The notes: generated by a model from the letters alone, not told the origin. DNA of 60,255 bases, filler included, from 4 parts of 4 records of this genome joined end to end with filler, not necessarily neighbours in it; one strand, 5' to 3'. Shown: positions 32,482 to 42,188, counted from the whole stretch's first letter. Numbers and translations are program-made.

Positions 32482-33030
32482 TCAATCTAAGTCTAACTTT
32501 GATTCAAAGGTCTTAACATAGTCTTCATAATTTGTTCCATCTAGATATTTTTCATTTTCAATGAACGCAATCATTGGTTCAAATTTCTCTGGTGGCAAAT
32601 ATGATTGAACTACTGTAATAATTTGATGTTCTTCATTCATAAAAACATATGATGGATAGCCCATTTTACCGTTTAATAAAGCTATTGCTAAATCGTGAGG
32701 AGAGCGATTACCTCTATTTTGATTGGTAAATTCCTGTCCTTTAAAATTAACAGCTTCAGTACTTTCAGCATCAAACTTAACTGCATAATAATTATCATTA
32801 ATATATTTAGCAATTATTGGGTTTGCAAATGTATTGTTATCCATAACCTTACACCATTTACACCAATCGGTATAAATATCAATAATGATCTTTTTAGGAT
32901 TTGTTTGTGATTTCTCAATAGCTTCTTCAAATGATACCCAATTAATTTTTTGAGCTTTCAGATCAATACTAATTGAAAACAAAAATGCAATAATTACTGC
33001 TACTTGAATAAATTTGGTGAATAGTTTCAT
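32482..33030 (-). CDS. Thioredoxin-like protein (DUF255 type), exported
   Basis: YTDWCKWCKVMD, GYPS. Confidence 0.85.
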   Translation of the reverse strand: MKLFTKFIQVAVIIAFLFSISIDLKAQKINWVSFEEAIEKSQTNPKKIIIDIYTDWCKWCKVMDNNTFANPIIAKYINDNYYAVKFDAESTEAVNFKGQEFTNQNRGNRSPHDLAIALLNGKMGYPSYVFMNEEHQIITVVQSYLPPEKFEPMIAFIENEKYLDGTNYEDYVKTFESKLDLD

Positions 33031-33101
33031 AGTTAATATTCTGATTAAGTATTTACATATTTACATATTTCAAAAATACCTAAACAAATTTCATGCAAAA
33101 A

Positions 33102-33821
33102 TTAATTCAAACCACATATTTCAAGAAACCTATTTAACAATTTTGGCCCATTCCCATCTGGTTCTAATCGAGTTAAAAGGGCATATGGATCAAGTCCTTC
33201 GCTAGTTAAATGTAAAGCATTCAAATTTATGTATTCTTTTAAAATATCTTCTGTGAACTCAGGATGAAATTGACAAGACCACATATGGTCATTATATTTG
33301 ATCACCTGATAGAAATCTATATTGTTTGAGCCAAGCAGCTTAGAGCCATTAGGAAAACTCACCACAGACTGAGAGTGATACTGATAAACATGTGATTTAT
33401 CGTACATAAAATCAAAAAGTTTGTCTTCATTAGCTTCTGCTTCAAACTTAATTTTAACAAACCCAACTTCTGGCCCCCAATCTCTATAATCTACTTTACC
33501 TCCAAAGGCCTCCGCCATTGATTGGTGCCCAAAGCAAATTCCTAGAGTTGGCGTTCTTGAATCTGGTATTGTTAAAATCCATTCTTTCAAATCCTGCATC
33601 CAATCATCATTGAATGTCAACATGTCATGCGAACCTGTGATAATAATCCCTGAGTAGCTGTCTGGAGTTGGAAATGTAAGCGATTCATCTTTTGCATCAA
33701 ACACATCAACTGAACTTTGTTCTATCCCTGAAGCAGCTATTATCATATCCTCAAAGTCGCCAAATTTCTGCCGAACAGAGTCAAAAGTCGACCCTGTTTT
33801 AACAATAAGCAATTTTTTCAT
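33102..33821 (-). CDS. Class I glutamine amidotransferase
   Basis: ITGS, LGICFGHQ, QFHPE. Confidence 0.88.
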   Translation of the reverse strand: MKKLLIVKTGSTFDSVRQKFGDFEDMIIAASGIEQSSVDVFDAKDESLTFPTPDSYSGIIITGSHDMLTFNDDWMQDLKEWILTIPDSRTPTLGICFGHQSMAEAFGGKVDYRDWGPEVGFVKIKFEAEANEDKLFDFMYDKSHVYQYHSQSVVSFPNGSKLLGSNNIDFYQVIKYNDHMWSCQFHPEFTEDILKEYINLNALHLTSEGLDPYALLTRLEPDGNGPKLLNRFLEICGLN

Positions 33822-33923
33822 ACGTATAATACCTCTTTTGATCCCTATTCTATATCAGACAAATATAGAAATTTATCAAAGAATACCGCACAAAAATATC
33901 TTATTTAACTTTTAAAAAAATCT

Positions 33924-35096
33924 TTAAAAACTATACTTAAATCTCAGATAAGCAATTTGACCTATCTGACCATATTCTGAACCTTTCGATCCAGTAAAAA
34001 ATTGACCGAAGATTGAAAATGCAAAATTATCAGATAATGAAACACTCATTGAGGGGCTTATAAATGCAGACAAATCGTCAGGATTCATTATTGCGCTCAA
34101 ATTAGCAGTTATCAAAGGAGTTATATTAAATGATGTCTGCGCAAATAGGTTAACTTTACCCCGACTTAACATTTTTGGAGATAGATCTCTTTGCGATAAT
34201 AACTGAATTTGACCAGCTTTTCCTGACTTACCTTGAGAATTAAATAATAGTCCACCATGCAGATATAATGTATTTTCAAATGTATAATCACCAGATATTG
34301 ATGATACTAATATACCATCTTTATTTTCAGTATACTCAAAAACCTGACGAGGTTTAAAGTAAGTTAGCTCACCACGAAAAGCTGCACCTTTAATATTGCC
34401 TGTATATCCTGTTCCAACAACATAGTCTTCACCCATGAAACCTCCAAAAAACTGAAAATCATAATTCCATTTATTGAAGCGATACAACCCGGCAAATGCC
34501 ATTTCATCAATTTCTTCACCAGCTTTATACACTAATTCAGCACTTCCGGTAAGTGAGGTATAGTATTTTACTCGAATTGCATCAGTACCGGGTCGTTCTT
34601 CATACTCAAAATCGAAATATGAAAATGTATTGAATATATCATTTGGATTCCACACCAGATTCATTCCCCAATTGATACGCTGGCGACCAATGGTAACTTC
34701 CCAATCTCCTTTTGTAAACTGGGCATATAACCGATCTATTTCAGACAATCCCACAACTGATGAATCGTTTAACCACACATAATCTAGATCAGCGTAGTAA
34801 CCCTTAGATTGAGCATATTTTGCATAATCAGGGAAATACTTCACAAAATCACCATATATAAATCTATTTCTTGCCTGTATATCAAGAGTTAACCATTCAG
34901 TTGGATAATACCTTAATTTCAATCTATTATGTATAGCGTTGTCGCTAAACCAAAAATCATCTATTCCATATGGAACAAACACAGTTTGTACATCCTTCAC
35001 ATAACCTGAAAATTCCATTGGCGATAATTTGTAATCATCCTGAGCATGAGTACCTAAGCTTAATATTGTAAATATGATAAATATATATTTTTTCAT
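33924..35096 (-). CDS. Outer-membrane beta-barrel protein associated with an ABC transporter
   Basis: Signal peptide, IDRLY, IGRQRINWG...WNPND, C-terminal KYSF. Confidence 0.75.
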   Translation of the reverse strand: MKKYIFIIFTILSLGTHAQDDYKLSPMEFSGYVKDVQTVFVPYGIDDFWFSDNAIHNRLKLRYYPTEWLTLDIQARNRFIYGDFVKYFPDYAKYAQSKGYYADLDYVWLNDSSVVGLSEIDRLYAQFTKGDWEVTIGRQRINWGMNLVWNPNDIFNTFSYFDFEYEERPGTDAIRVKYYTSLTGSAELVYKAGEEIDEMAFAGLYRFNKWNYDFQFFGGFMGEDYVVGTGYTGNIKGAAFRGELTYFKPRQVFEYTENKDGILVSSISGDYTFENTLYLHGGLLFNSQGKSGKAGQIQLLSQRDLSPKMLSRGKVNLFAQTSFNITPLITANLSAIMNPDDLSAFISPSMSVSLSDNFAFSIFGQFFTGSKGSEYGQIGQIAYLRFKYSF

Positions 35097-35098
35097 GG

Positions 35099-35374
35099 CT
35101 AGCTATTTTTATGGGTTTTCAACTTTTCAATTTCTGAGTCCAGTGCAAAAAATGTTGGGTAAACCATTTTTTGCCAGAAATTTCTTACTACAATTACCTT
35201 AATACCAGACTCTTTGGGATGCCAAACTATATATTTTTGTTTAATAAATAACTGCTTAATTTCTGACAGCCAACCAACAATCAAACTCCGATTGCTGTAG
35301 ATGTAAAATTGCTTTTTATTTGGGTTTAAAGCGCACATGATTTTGGGTTTTAATTTTAATGGCCTGCATCGCAA
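35099..35374 (-). CDS. Possible small hypothetical protein
   Basis: ORF fills the gap between the ABC ATPase and the barrel gene; no recognisable motif. Confidence 0.3.
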   Translation of the reverse strand: MRCRPLKLKPKIMCALNPNKKQFYIYSNRSLIVGWLSEIKQLFIKQKYIVWHPKESGIKVIVVRNFWQKMVYPTFFALDSEIEKLKTHKNS

Positions 35375-35392
35375 AGGATGCAGACCTGGATT

Positions 35393-35638
35393 CTATTTTC
35401 GCTCGTCGCTTATAACTTTTCCATCCTCTACGGTTATTACGCGTCTTGCTTTTTTTACTACACGATTATCGTGAGTTGAAAAGATAAATGTAATATTCTC
35501 CTCTTTATTCAATCTTTCCATTATATCTAAAAGGTTTTCAGTAGACTTTGAATCTAAATTGGCTGTTGGTTCATCGGCCAATACAAACTTAGGCTTAGAT
35601 GCCAATGCTCTTGCAACAGCAACTCTTTGTTGCTGTCC
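35393..35638 (-). CDS. ABC transporter ATP-binding protein (LolD/MacB-like), 5'-truncated
   Basis: [28 protein letters not shown]. Confidence 0.9.
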   Translation of the reverse strand, partial: GQQQRVAVARALASKPKFVLADEPTANLDSKSTENLLDIMERLNKEENITFIFSTHDNRVVKKARRVITVEDGKVISDERK

Positions 35639-35738
35639 NNNNNNNNNNNNNNNNNNNNNNNNNNNNNNNNNNNNNNNNNNNNTTAATTAATTAANNNNNN
35701 NNNNNNNNNNNNNNNNNNNNNNNNNNNNNNNNNNNNNN
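35639..35738. other. Artificial contig linker
   Basis: N44-TTAATTAATTAA-N44. Confidence 0.99.
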
Positions 35739-35762
35739 CTTTTTACAACTAAAAAGTATGAA

Positions 35763-35782
35763 AGCGGAGAGCTTCGCTCTAC
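35763..35782 (-). repeat. GTAG-type REP-like palindrome
   Basis: Minus strand reads GTAG-AGCGAAG-CT-CTCCGCT; single copy seen. Confidence 0.4.
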
Positions 35783-35793
35783 AAGAGAAATTC

Positions 35794-35872
35794 ATACAGT
35801 TAAAACCACTTATAAGTTAATAAATATTTTAATCTATACTACTTCATCAAGTCTTCTAACATATTGCAATAT
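35794..35872 (+). repeat. ~80-bp direct repeat, copy 1
   Basis: Aligns to 36457-36534 with about 9 mismatches and 1 gap. Confidence 0.85.
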
Positions 35873-35940
35873 GTAATAAAAAATAAATAAATCACACATT
35901 TAATATATAATTTAAAATCTTATTAAAAGTGGTGATATTT

Positions 35941-36336
35941 ATGAGTGAAGAGTTTGATAATTGGAATAAAATAAAAAAAGAAACACAAGAGACAAAAATA
36001 ACTTTTATATTTAAAGTTCGTGAGATATATTGGTTAAAAGTGGGACAAAATATTGGTTATGAAGTTTATGGTAAAGGTGAAGAGTTTTTAAGACCAGTTT
36101 TGATACTTAGAAAGTTTTCAAAAGATAGTTTTCTTGGTGTACCTCTTACAAGTTCAAAAAAAGATGATATGTTTCATTTTGAGTTTACACCAATTCATAA
36201 ACAAAAGATTAATTATGCAATGCTTTCTCAAATAAAACTTTTCTCAGCTAAAAGAATACATGATAAAATGGGTAAAATTTCAATTGAAGATTTTGAGCAA
36301 ATGAAAATAAAGTTGAAAGATTTAATTGGATTATAA
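35941..36336 (+). CDS. PemK/MazF-family endoribonuclease toxin, no adjacent protein antitoxin
   Basis: FDNWN, EIYW...GQNIGYE..GK, RPVLI, GVPLTS, LSQIK. Confidence 0.85.
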   Translation: MSEEFDNWNKIKKETQETKITFIFKVREIYWLKVGQNIGYEVYGKGEEFLRPVLILRKFSKDSFLGVPLTSSKKDDMFHFEFTPIHKQKINYAMLSQIKLFSAKRIHDKMGKISIEDFEQMKIKLKDLIGL

Positions 36337-36339
36337 TAT

Positions 36340-36385
36340 ACTCCCCTAAAAGATTAGGGGCTTCCTGCAAGCAGGTTAGTTTGTA
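36340..36385 (-). ncRNA. Candidate small RNA convergent on the PemK gene
   Basis: Hairpins CCTG-CTTG-CAGG and CCCCTAA-TCTT-TTAGGGG downstream of a near-consensus promoter. Confidence 0.55.
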
Positions 36386-36390
36386 TTCGA

Positions 36391-36419
36391 ATTATAGTAT
36401 AAAATAAAATCTTAGTCAA
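36391..36419 (-). promoter_or_regulatory. sigma70 promoter
   Basis: TTGACT-N17-TATAAT on the minus strand. Confidence 0.75.
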
Positions 36420-36456
36420 TATGTCTAAAGTTATTTGATATTTTCAATATAGATTA

Positions 36457-36534
36457 ATACAATTCAAACTACTTATAAGTAATAAATATTCTGATCTATA
36501 CTATTTCATCAAAACTTCTAAGATATTGCAATAT
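36457..36534 (+). repeat. ~80-bp direct repeat, copy 2
   Basis: Matches 35794-35872. Confidence 0.85.
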
Positions 36535-36584
36535 ACTATATATTTAAATAAATATATTTTTTAATATTATTATTTTTTAGGCAT

Positions 36585-36633
36585 AAAAAAAACCAAGCTT
36601 AAACTCAAAGGTTTAAGTCTTACTGGGCGTCAT
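36585..36633 (-). ncRNA. Candidate ~50-nt small RNA
   Basis: Promoter at 36640-36668, stem CTTAAAC/GTTTAAG extended by CCA/TGG, then a U8 tract. Confidence 0.5.
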
Positions 36634-36639
36634 GACAAA

Positions 36640-36668
36640 ATTATATAAAAATCATTGGAATAAGTCAA
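36640..36668 (-). promoter_or_regulatory. sigma70 promoter
   Basis: TTGACT-N17-TATAAT on the minus strand. Confidence 0.75.
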
Positions 36669-36682
36669 ATGAGGACTGTAAT

Positions 36683-37569
36683 ATGAATGAATTAGTAATT
36701 GACAAAGATATAAAAAATAAAATCTATACTATCAGAGATAAGCAAATCATGCTTGATAGAGACTTGTCGAAACTCTATGGTGTAGAAACAAAAGTGTTTA
36801 ATCAAGCAGTAAAAAGAAACATAGAAAGGTTTCCTGATAACTTTAGATTTCAACTTTCAAAAGATGAGTATGAAATCTTAAGGTCACAAATTGTGACCTT
36901 AAGATTAAATTCAGATGGAGAATGGGGCAAACATACAAAATATTTACCTTATGCATTCACTGAGCAAGGAGTATCAATGCTTAGTGCTATTTTAAAAAGT
37001 AAAATTGCGATTGAAGTTAGTATAAAAATCATAAATAGCTTTGTAAATATGAGAAAAGTTATCTTAAACAATAGTTTAATATCTCAAAAAATAGATAACT
37101 TAGAAAAAAACAAATTTTAAATGATGAAAAATTTGAAAAACTATTTAATGCCTTAGAAGATAAAACAATCAAACCAAAACAAGGGATATTTTATGACGGA
37201 CAGATATTCGATGCCTATACTTTTGTTTGTGATTTAATAAGAAGTGCAAAAAGTAATATAATACTTATAGATAACTATGTGGATGATAGTGTCTTAACTC
37301 TATTTTCTAAAAATCAAAATATAAAAGTAATCATTTACTCAAAAAACATCTCAAAACAACTAAATCTAGACCTAAAAAAATACAACTCTCAATATAAAAA
37401 AATAGATATAAAAAAGTTTGAAAACTCACACGATAGATTTTTGACAATTGATGATAAAGAACTTTATCATCTTGGAGCTAGTTTGAAAGACTTGGGTAAA
37501 AAATGGTTTGCCTTTTCAAAGATGGATATAAAAAGTTTTGATGTCTTAAAAAGATTAGAATCGATATAA
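36683..37569 (+). pseudogene. ORF6N (KilA-N-like) DNA-binding protein split by a frameshift
   Basis: IRDKQIMLDRDL..LYGVETK..NQAVKRNIERFP, AFTEQGVSML; C-terminal QGIFYDGQIFDAY...IDNYVD...HDRF continues in the -1 frame after A7 at 37104-37110. Confidence 0.8.
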
Positions 37570-37594
37570 TTCCCATTATATAAAAAGGAACTCA

Positions 37595-37876
37595 ATGGCA
37601 AAAGCTACAGCTAGACATATCTTAGTAAACAATGAAAAGTTAGCTAGAAAACTAAAAAAAGAGATTATCAAAAACGAAATCACTTTTGAAAAAGCTGCTA
37701 AAAAATTCTCAAAATGTCCTTCTAAAAAAAGTGGAGGAAATTTAGGTACTTTTTCAAAAGGTGAGATGGTAAAAGAGTTTGATAATATTGTGTTCAAAGA
37801 GGATTTACATAGAGTTCATGGACCGATTAGAACTGAGTTTGGTTTTCACCTGATTGAGATTTTAGCTAGATATTAA
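37595..37876 (+). CDS. ppiC: Parvulin-type peptidyl-prolyl isomerase
   Basis: ARHILV, SKCPS..GGNLG, MVKEF, TEFGFHLI. Confidence 0.92.
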   Translation: MAKATARHILVNNEKLARKLKKEIIKNEITFEKAAKKFSKCPSKKSGGNLGTFSKGEMVKEFDNIVFKEDLHRVHGPIRTEFGFHLIEILARY

Positions 37877-37929
37877 TCAAAAGACATAGTATATTTTAGA
37901 TAACATACAAAAAAATTTAGGAGCACTTT

Positions 37930-38229
37930 ATGGCAAAATTTATAAAACTAAAACTTGAAGAAACTTATCAAATCCCAGATGAGTGGGAACTTGTTACAAA
38001 TGAAGAAGGAATAACTAAAATAAAAGTATCAGAAAATGAATATTATGATTTTGGATCTATCCCTTACTGTTCACCTTCTTTATCATCTGATGAAGAGATG
38101 ATGTTATTACCAGAAGAATACCTTGAATTTCAAAGTAAAGGTTTAGATTTGATTATGGCGGATGGGAAAGTATCTGTTATAGAAGATGAGAATGAGATAA
38201 AAGAGATACTTGATTTTGATGAAGAATAG
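37930..38229 (+). CDS. Hypothetical acidic protein
   Basis: 99-aa ORF with AGGAG ribosome-binding site. Confidence 0.7.
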   Translation: MAKFIKLKLEETYQIPDEWELVTNEEGITKIKVSENEYYDFGSIPYCSPSLSSDEEMMLLPEEYLEFQSKGLDLIMADGKVSVIEDENEIKEILDFDEE

Positions 38230-38337
38230 ATTGAAAAAAGATTTATTAAATAGATAGAGAATAAAACATAAAATAGGAAAATTCTATTTTATGCCTATCG
38301 TACTTTTTTGTATTTATAATCCACTAGACTAATAACA

Positions 38338-39888
38338 TCATTTATGTATATTTTTGGGTGGATTAAACTTAAACAATAACTTCTTTGTAGTTATGATACA
38401 AGGAATAGCTAAAACTATCAAACATATAAGATATAAAAATGCATTGCTATAGGTTAAGACTGACACTTGTGCATTAATAGCCTTTGAAATAATAGTGAGA
38501 GTATTTACCTCAGAGATATTATCAATATTCATTTTATTAGCGTATGCATTTAACCAATTTGCTACATTTGTACTGTTTTGTGTTACATGACTTGAGATGA
38601 TATTTAGGTTTGTTGCTGTGTCATCTTTTATAAGAGTTGTCAAAACTGCAATACTTATATTACCTCCTAGTTGTCTTGTTGTACTAAATACTCCTATCCC
38701 ATAAGGTATAAGTTTTTTGGGTAGATTATTTATAGCTATTAAAGTCAAAGACAAAAATAAAAGCCCAACAGATAATCCTCTTAAAAGAACAGGAAAGAGA
38801 AGTTCATCTATTCCTGTATTTATATTTGATTTTGAGAAAAAATACATAGAAACACAAAATCCAAATAATCCAAAAGCAATAGTCTTAAAAGGTGGCACAC
38901 CTAAAACTTCAACTATAAATGCTGTAAAAAATACACTAAGAATAAACATAAACCCACTAAAAAAAAGTAGAGAACCATGCTCTTCAAGAGTTAAGCCTAA
39001 GACACTTACTCCAAAGTTGTTGATAACTGTTGTACTACCAAAAAGTGCCGCTCCTGCAGCTAGTGATACAACTATCCCAAAACTAAAGAAGTTGATTTTG
39101 AAGATATTTGTATTTATAATTGTGTTTGATTTTAAGATAGTTCTTAAAATAAAAATCACTAAAAACACAAGAGCAAATACAGTAAAAAAAGCTATATTAA
39201 AATCTTCAAACCAATTGTATCTATTTCCTCTGCTTAGAATAAAAACAAAAGGGAAAACAAAAAAAGCAAAAACAATTAATCCTACAAAATCTATCTTTCT
39301 TACTTCTGGAAGTTCAAAACTGTTTTCATCAATTATTGTAAGAATAATAAGAGAAATCAAACCTATAGGAACAGTAGTAAGAAATATAAATTCCCAAGAA
39401 TAGTTATCTAGCATATATCCGTTATATCCTATCAAAAATGTTGCAGGAGCAATAACAGCTCCAAGGGCAAAAAATGCTTGAATAAAAGGTTGATATTTTT
39501 TAGGAAAGTTTTGAAATAAAAAGCTTTGAGAACTAAGAAGTAAAATTCCACCACTATAACCTTGAATAATACTGTAAATATATTGGATATTTAGGTTTGT
39601 AGTATTTGCACTAAGATAACAACTACAAATAAGAATCAGTACAGAGGCTTTCAAAACTCTTAAGATATTGTATCTTTCAAGTATATATGCTCCACTCATA
39701 AATGCCATCAGTTTAAAACTAATATAAAATATTCCAATCCAAGCAAACTCATCATTTGAGGCATCTAAATTACCTTGCATATCAAAAGAACCAAAGCTTT
39801 GAATACTTGATAATAAAGAATCAACTAAACAAGCAAGGATTATTGCCACTATACTTACAGCAAAGCGTTTACTTTTTGTTAAATACAT
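38338..39888 (-). CDS. DHA2/EmrB-like MFS efflux transporter
   Basis: About 14 TM helices, SWEFIF, GNRYNWFED, RQLGG; paired with a HlyD gene. Confidence 0.85.
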   Translation of the reverse strand: MYLTKSKRFAVSIVAIILACLVDSLLSSIQSFGSFDMQGNLDASNDEFAWIGIFYISFKLMAFMSGAYILERYNILRVLKASVLILICSCYLSANTTNLNIQYIYSIIQGYSGGILLLSSQSFLFQNFPKKYQPFIQAFFALGAVIAPATFLIGYNGYMLDNYSWEFIFLTTVPIGLISLIILTIIDENSFELPEVRKIDFVGLIVFAFFVFPFVFILSRGNRYNWFEDFNIAFFTVFALVFLVIFILRTILKSNTIINTNIFKINFFSFGIVVSLAAGAALFGSTTVINNFGVSVLGLTLEEHGSLLFFSGFMFILSVFFTAFIVEVLGVPPFKTIAFGLFGFCVSMYFFSKSNINTGIDELLFPVLLRGLSVGLLFLSLTLIAINNLPKKLIPYGIGVFSTTRQLGGNISIAVLTTLIKDDTATNLNIISSHVTQNSTNVANWLNAYANKMNIDNISEVNTLTIISKAINAQVSVLTYSNAFLYLICLIVLAIPCIITTKKLLFKFNPPKNIHK

Positions 39889-39897
39889 ATAGAGTTC

Positions 39898-40911
39898 TTA
39901 TAAATGTTTATTTATAGTAACTTCTGCTGATAATCCAGGCATAAGTTTTTTATCATAAGTTTTTGAATCAAATACAATCTTTACTGGAACTCTTTGAACT
40001 ACTCTTACAAAATTTCCTGTTGCATTATCAGATGGAATCATACTAAAAGAAGCACCTGAACCAGGAGAAAAGCTCTCAACAGTTCCTAAAAGAGTTTTTT
40101 GTTTTAATCCATCAATTGAAACATCAACTTTATCACCAAGTTTTATTTCTGATATTTGAGTTTCTTTGAAGTTTGCAACTAACCAAATGTTTTTTATATC
40201 TACAAGGCTTAATAAGCTTGTACCTTTGTTTACATATTTACCAACTTGAACCTGTCTATTTGCTACAACTCCGTCAAATGCAGCTATAATTTTTGTATCA
40301 TTTAAATCAATTTTCGCAAGTTCTTTTTGTGCAATAGCTTGCTCAAGTTGAAACTCTACAGTCTCTTTATTTGTTAGGTATAGATTTAATCTTTTGTTTT
40401 CTATATCTAGTTTATTCTTTTTTGCCATCACATTAAAATCTGCTTGGTTTTTTTCATTTTGAATTACATCAAAGTCTTGTTTACTAATGGCATTTGATTT
40501 TTTTAATCTTTTTAGTCTTTGATAGTTTAGTTCAACTAATTTTTGTTCTGATATTGCTGAGTTATAGTTTGCTTGAGCTTCTGCTATAGTACTTTTTTGC
40601 ATATATATTTGTTCTTCTAGATTTTTTATATTTGATTTTATAGCTTTTACATTTGCTTTTTCTAGTTCTAATTTTAGTTTATAATCACTATTTTCTATTG
40701 TAAATAATACATCACCTTTTTTTACTTTTTGATTGTCTTTTATAAATACTTTATTTACATATCCTGAAACTTTAGGTGCGATTGAGACTATATCTGCTTT
40801 TGTATATGCATTGTCAGTTGTTACTATATTTGAGTATTTGTCATATATTGCAAAGCAAAATATAAACAAACAAGCCATTAAAATTGATACTATCAATTTC
40901 TTTTTATTCAT
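39898..40911 (-). CDS. EmrA/HlyD membrane fusion protein
   Basis: TTDNAY, PKVSGYV, ANFKETQ, NATGNFVRVVQRVPVKI. Confidence 0.92.
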   Translation of the reverse strand: MNKKKLIVSILMACLFIFCFAIYDKYSNIVTTDNAYTKADIVSIAPKVSGYVNKVFIKDNQKVKKGDVLFTIENSDYKLKLELEKANVKAIKSNIKNLEEQIYMQKSTIAEAQANYNSAISEQKLVELNYQRLKRLKKSNAISKQDFDVIQNEKNQADFNVMAKKNKLDIENKRLNLYLTNKETVEFQLEQAIAQKELAKIDLNDTKIIAAFDGVVANRQVQVGKYVNKGTSLLSLVDIKNIWLVANFKETQISEIKLGDKVDVSIDGLKQKTLLGTVESFSPGSGASFSMIPSDNATGNFVRVVQRVPVKIVFDSKTYDKKLMPGLSAEVTINKHL

Positions 40912-40924
40912 TAACTTTCCTTTT

Positions 40925-40942
40925 TGGTAATTAGTGTTACCA
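40925..40942. promoter_or_regulatory. Putative TetR operator
   Basis: Inverted repeat TGGTAA-N6-TTACCA between divergent emrA-like and tetR genes. Confidence 0.5.
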
Positions 40943-40999
40943 TAATTTTTGCTATAATAACTAAATTCAATAATTAAAGTCAAATCAATAGGAGAATCA

Positions 41000-41605
41000 A
41001 TGTCAAAAGATAAGCTAGAAAAAAGAAACTATATTATTAGTTCTGCTGCAAAGTTGTTTTTTGAAAAAGGTTTTTCTACTACAAGTATAAATGACATCAT
41101 AAAAGTTACCGGTGGTTCAAAAAGGGAAATTTACAGTGAATTTGGAAGTAAGTTAGGACTTTTTGAGGAGATTGTTACTATTTACACAAACAAAAACTTA
41201 GATAGATTAAATGTCTCGACTTTTGATAAAAATGATTTAGAAACATCACTTAAAGATTTTGGAGTTAAACTTGTACACTCTTTTTTTAATCCTGAAGTTT
41301 TCGGCTTGTATAGCTTGATGTTTAAAGAAGCAAAAGCTTTTCCTGAACTTGCTGCAAAATTTTATAACAGTGGTCCTCTTTTTGTTACTATGAAATTATC
41401 AGAACTTCTACAAAAATATGTAGATAAAGGGGAACTAAAAGATATCTCTACAAGTTATAATTTAGCATATATTTTTGTAAGTTTATTAAGGGATAAGATA
41501 CAAACAATAGTGATGCTTAACTCTTATGAAAACCTTGATTTATCTCAAATAGAAGCTGAAGTTGATTTAGCTATTGAAGTTTTTTTATACGGAGTTAAAA
41601 AATAG
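41000..41605 (+). CDS. TetR/AcrR-family regulator
   Basis: LFFEKGFSTTSINDI..TGGSKREIYSEFGSK HTH. Confidence 0.92.
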   Translation: MSKDKLEKRNYIISSAAKLFFEKGFSTTSINDIIKVTGGSKREIYSEFGSKLGLFEEIVTIYTNKNLDRLNVSTFDKNDLETSLKDFGVKLVHSFFNPEVFGLYSLMFKEAKAFPELAAKFYNSGPLFVTMKLSELLQKYVDKGELKDISTSYNLAYIFVSLLRDKIQTIVMLNSYENLDLSQIEAEVDLAIEVFLYGVKK

Positions 41606-41654
41606 TTATAAAGACTTAAAAACTTAACAGCAATTTTTTATTATACTTGCATTT

Positions 41655-42188
41655 ATGATTATATTAGATTTTGAAACAAACACAATGAATCCCCAAGATG
41701 TTATAGAAGCTGCTGCTGTAAAGTTAGAGTTTGTAGATGGGGATTATAAAGTTACTGATAAGTTCCATAGATATTATTTATCTAGATATCCTGTAAATCC
41801 TTACTCTTATGAAGTTCATAGACTAACTCCTGAAAAAATTATTGCTCACAGAGATGGTGCAAGTTATAGTTCGTACTTCAATGAAGATGAAGAGTTTATT
41901 GAGTTCTGTAGTGGTGCAAAAACTTTGATTGCCCACAATATAAACTTTGAGCTTAGACACTTGGATAAGCTTGTAAGGTTTGAGAAGCACTTTTGTACTA
42001 TGAAAGAGAACAAAAACATAGTAAAAGCTTTAAACAAAAATGGAAATATAAAAAACCCAAAACTAGATGAAACTTGTATCTTTTATGGGATAGATTTTGA
42101 CCCACTTTCTTATCATAGTGCCACTTATGATGTAAGTAAAACATACGAAATACTTAAATGTATGGATAAAAAAATACAAAAAATATAA
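41655..42188 (+). CDS. DEDDh 3'-5' exonuclease
   Basis: ILDFET, AHNINFE, HSATYD. Confidence 0.85.
   Translation: MIILDFETNTMNPQDVIEAAAVKLEFVDGDYKVTDKFHRYYLSRYPVNPYSYEVHRLTPEKIIAHRDGASYSSYFNEDEEFIEFCSGAKTLIAHNINFELRHLDKLVRFEKHFCTMKENKNIVKALNKNGNIKNPKLDETCIFYGIDFDPLSYHSATYDVSKTYEILKCMDKKIQKI

Noticed and set aside
35794-36534. Repeats as a CRISPR array or canonical attC sites
   Set aside because: Only two ~80-bp copies separated by a gene; no cas genes; no convincing RYYYAAC/GTTRRRY pair
38717-39403. 228-aa plus-strand ORF
   Set aside because: Antisense shadow of the hydrophobic MFS gene
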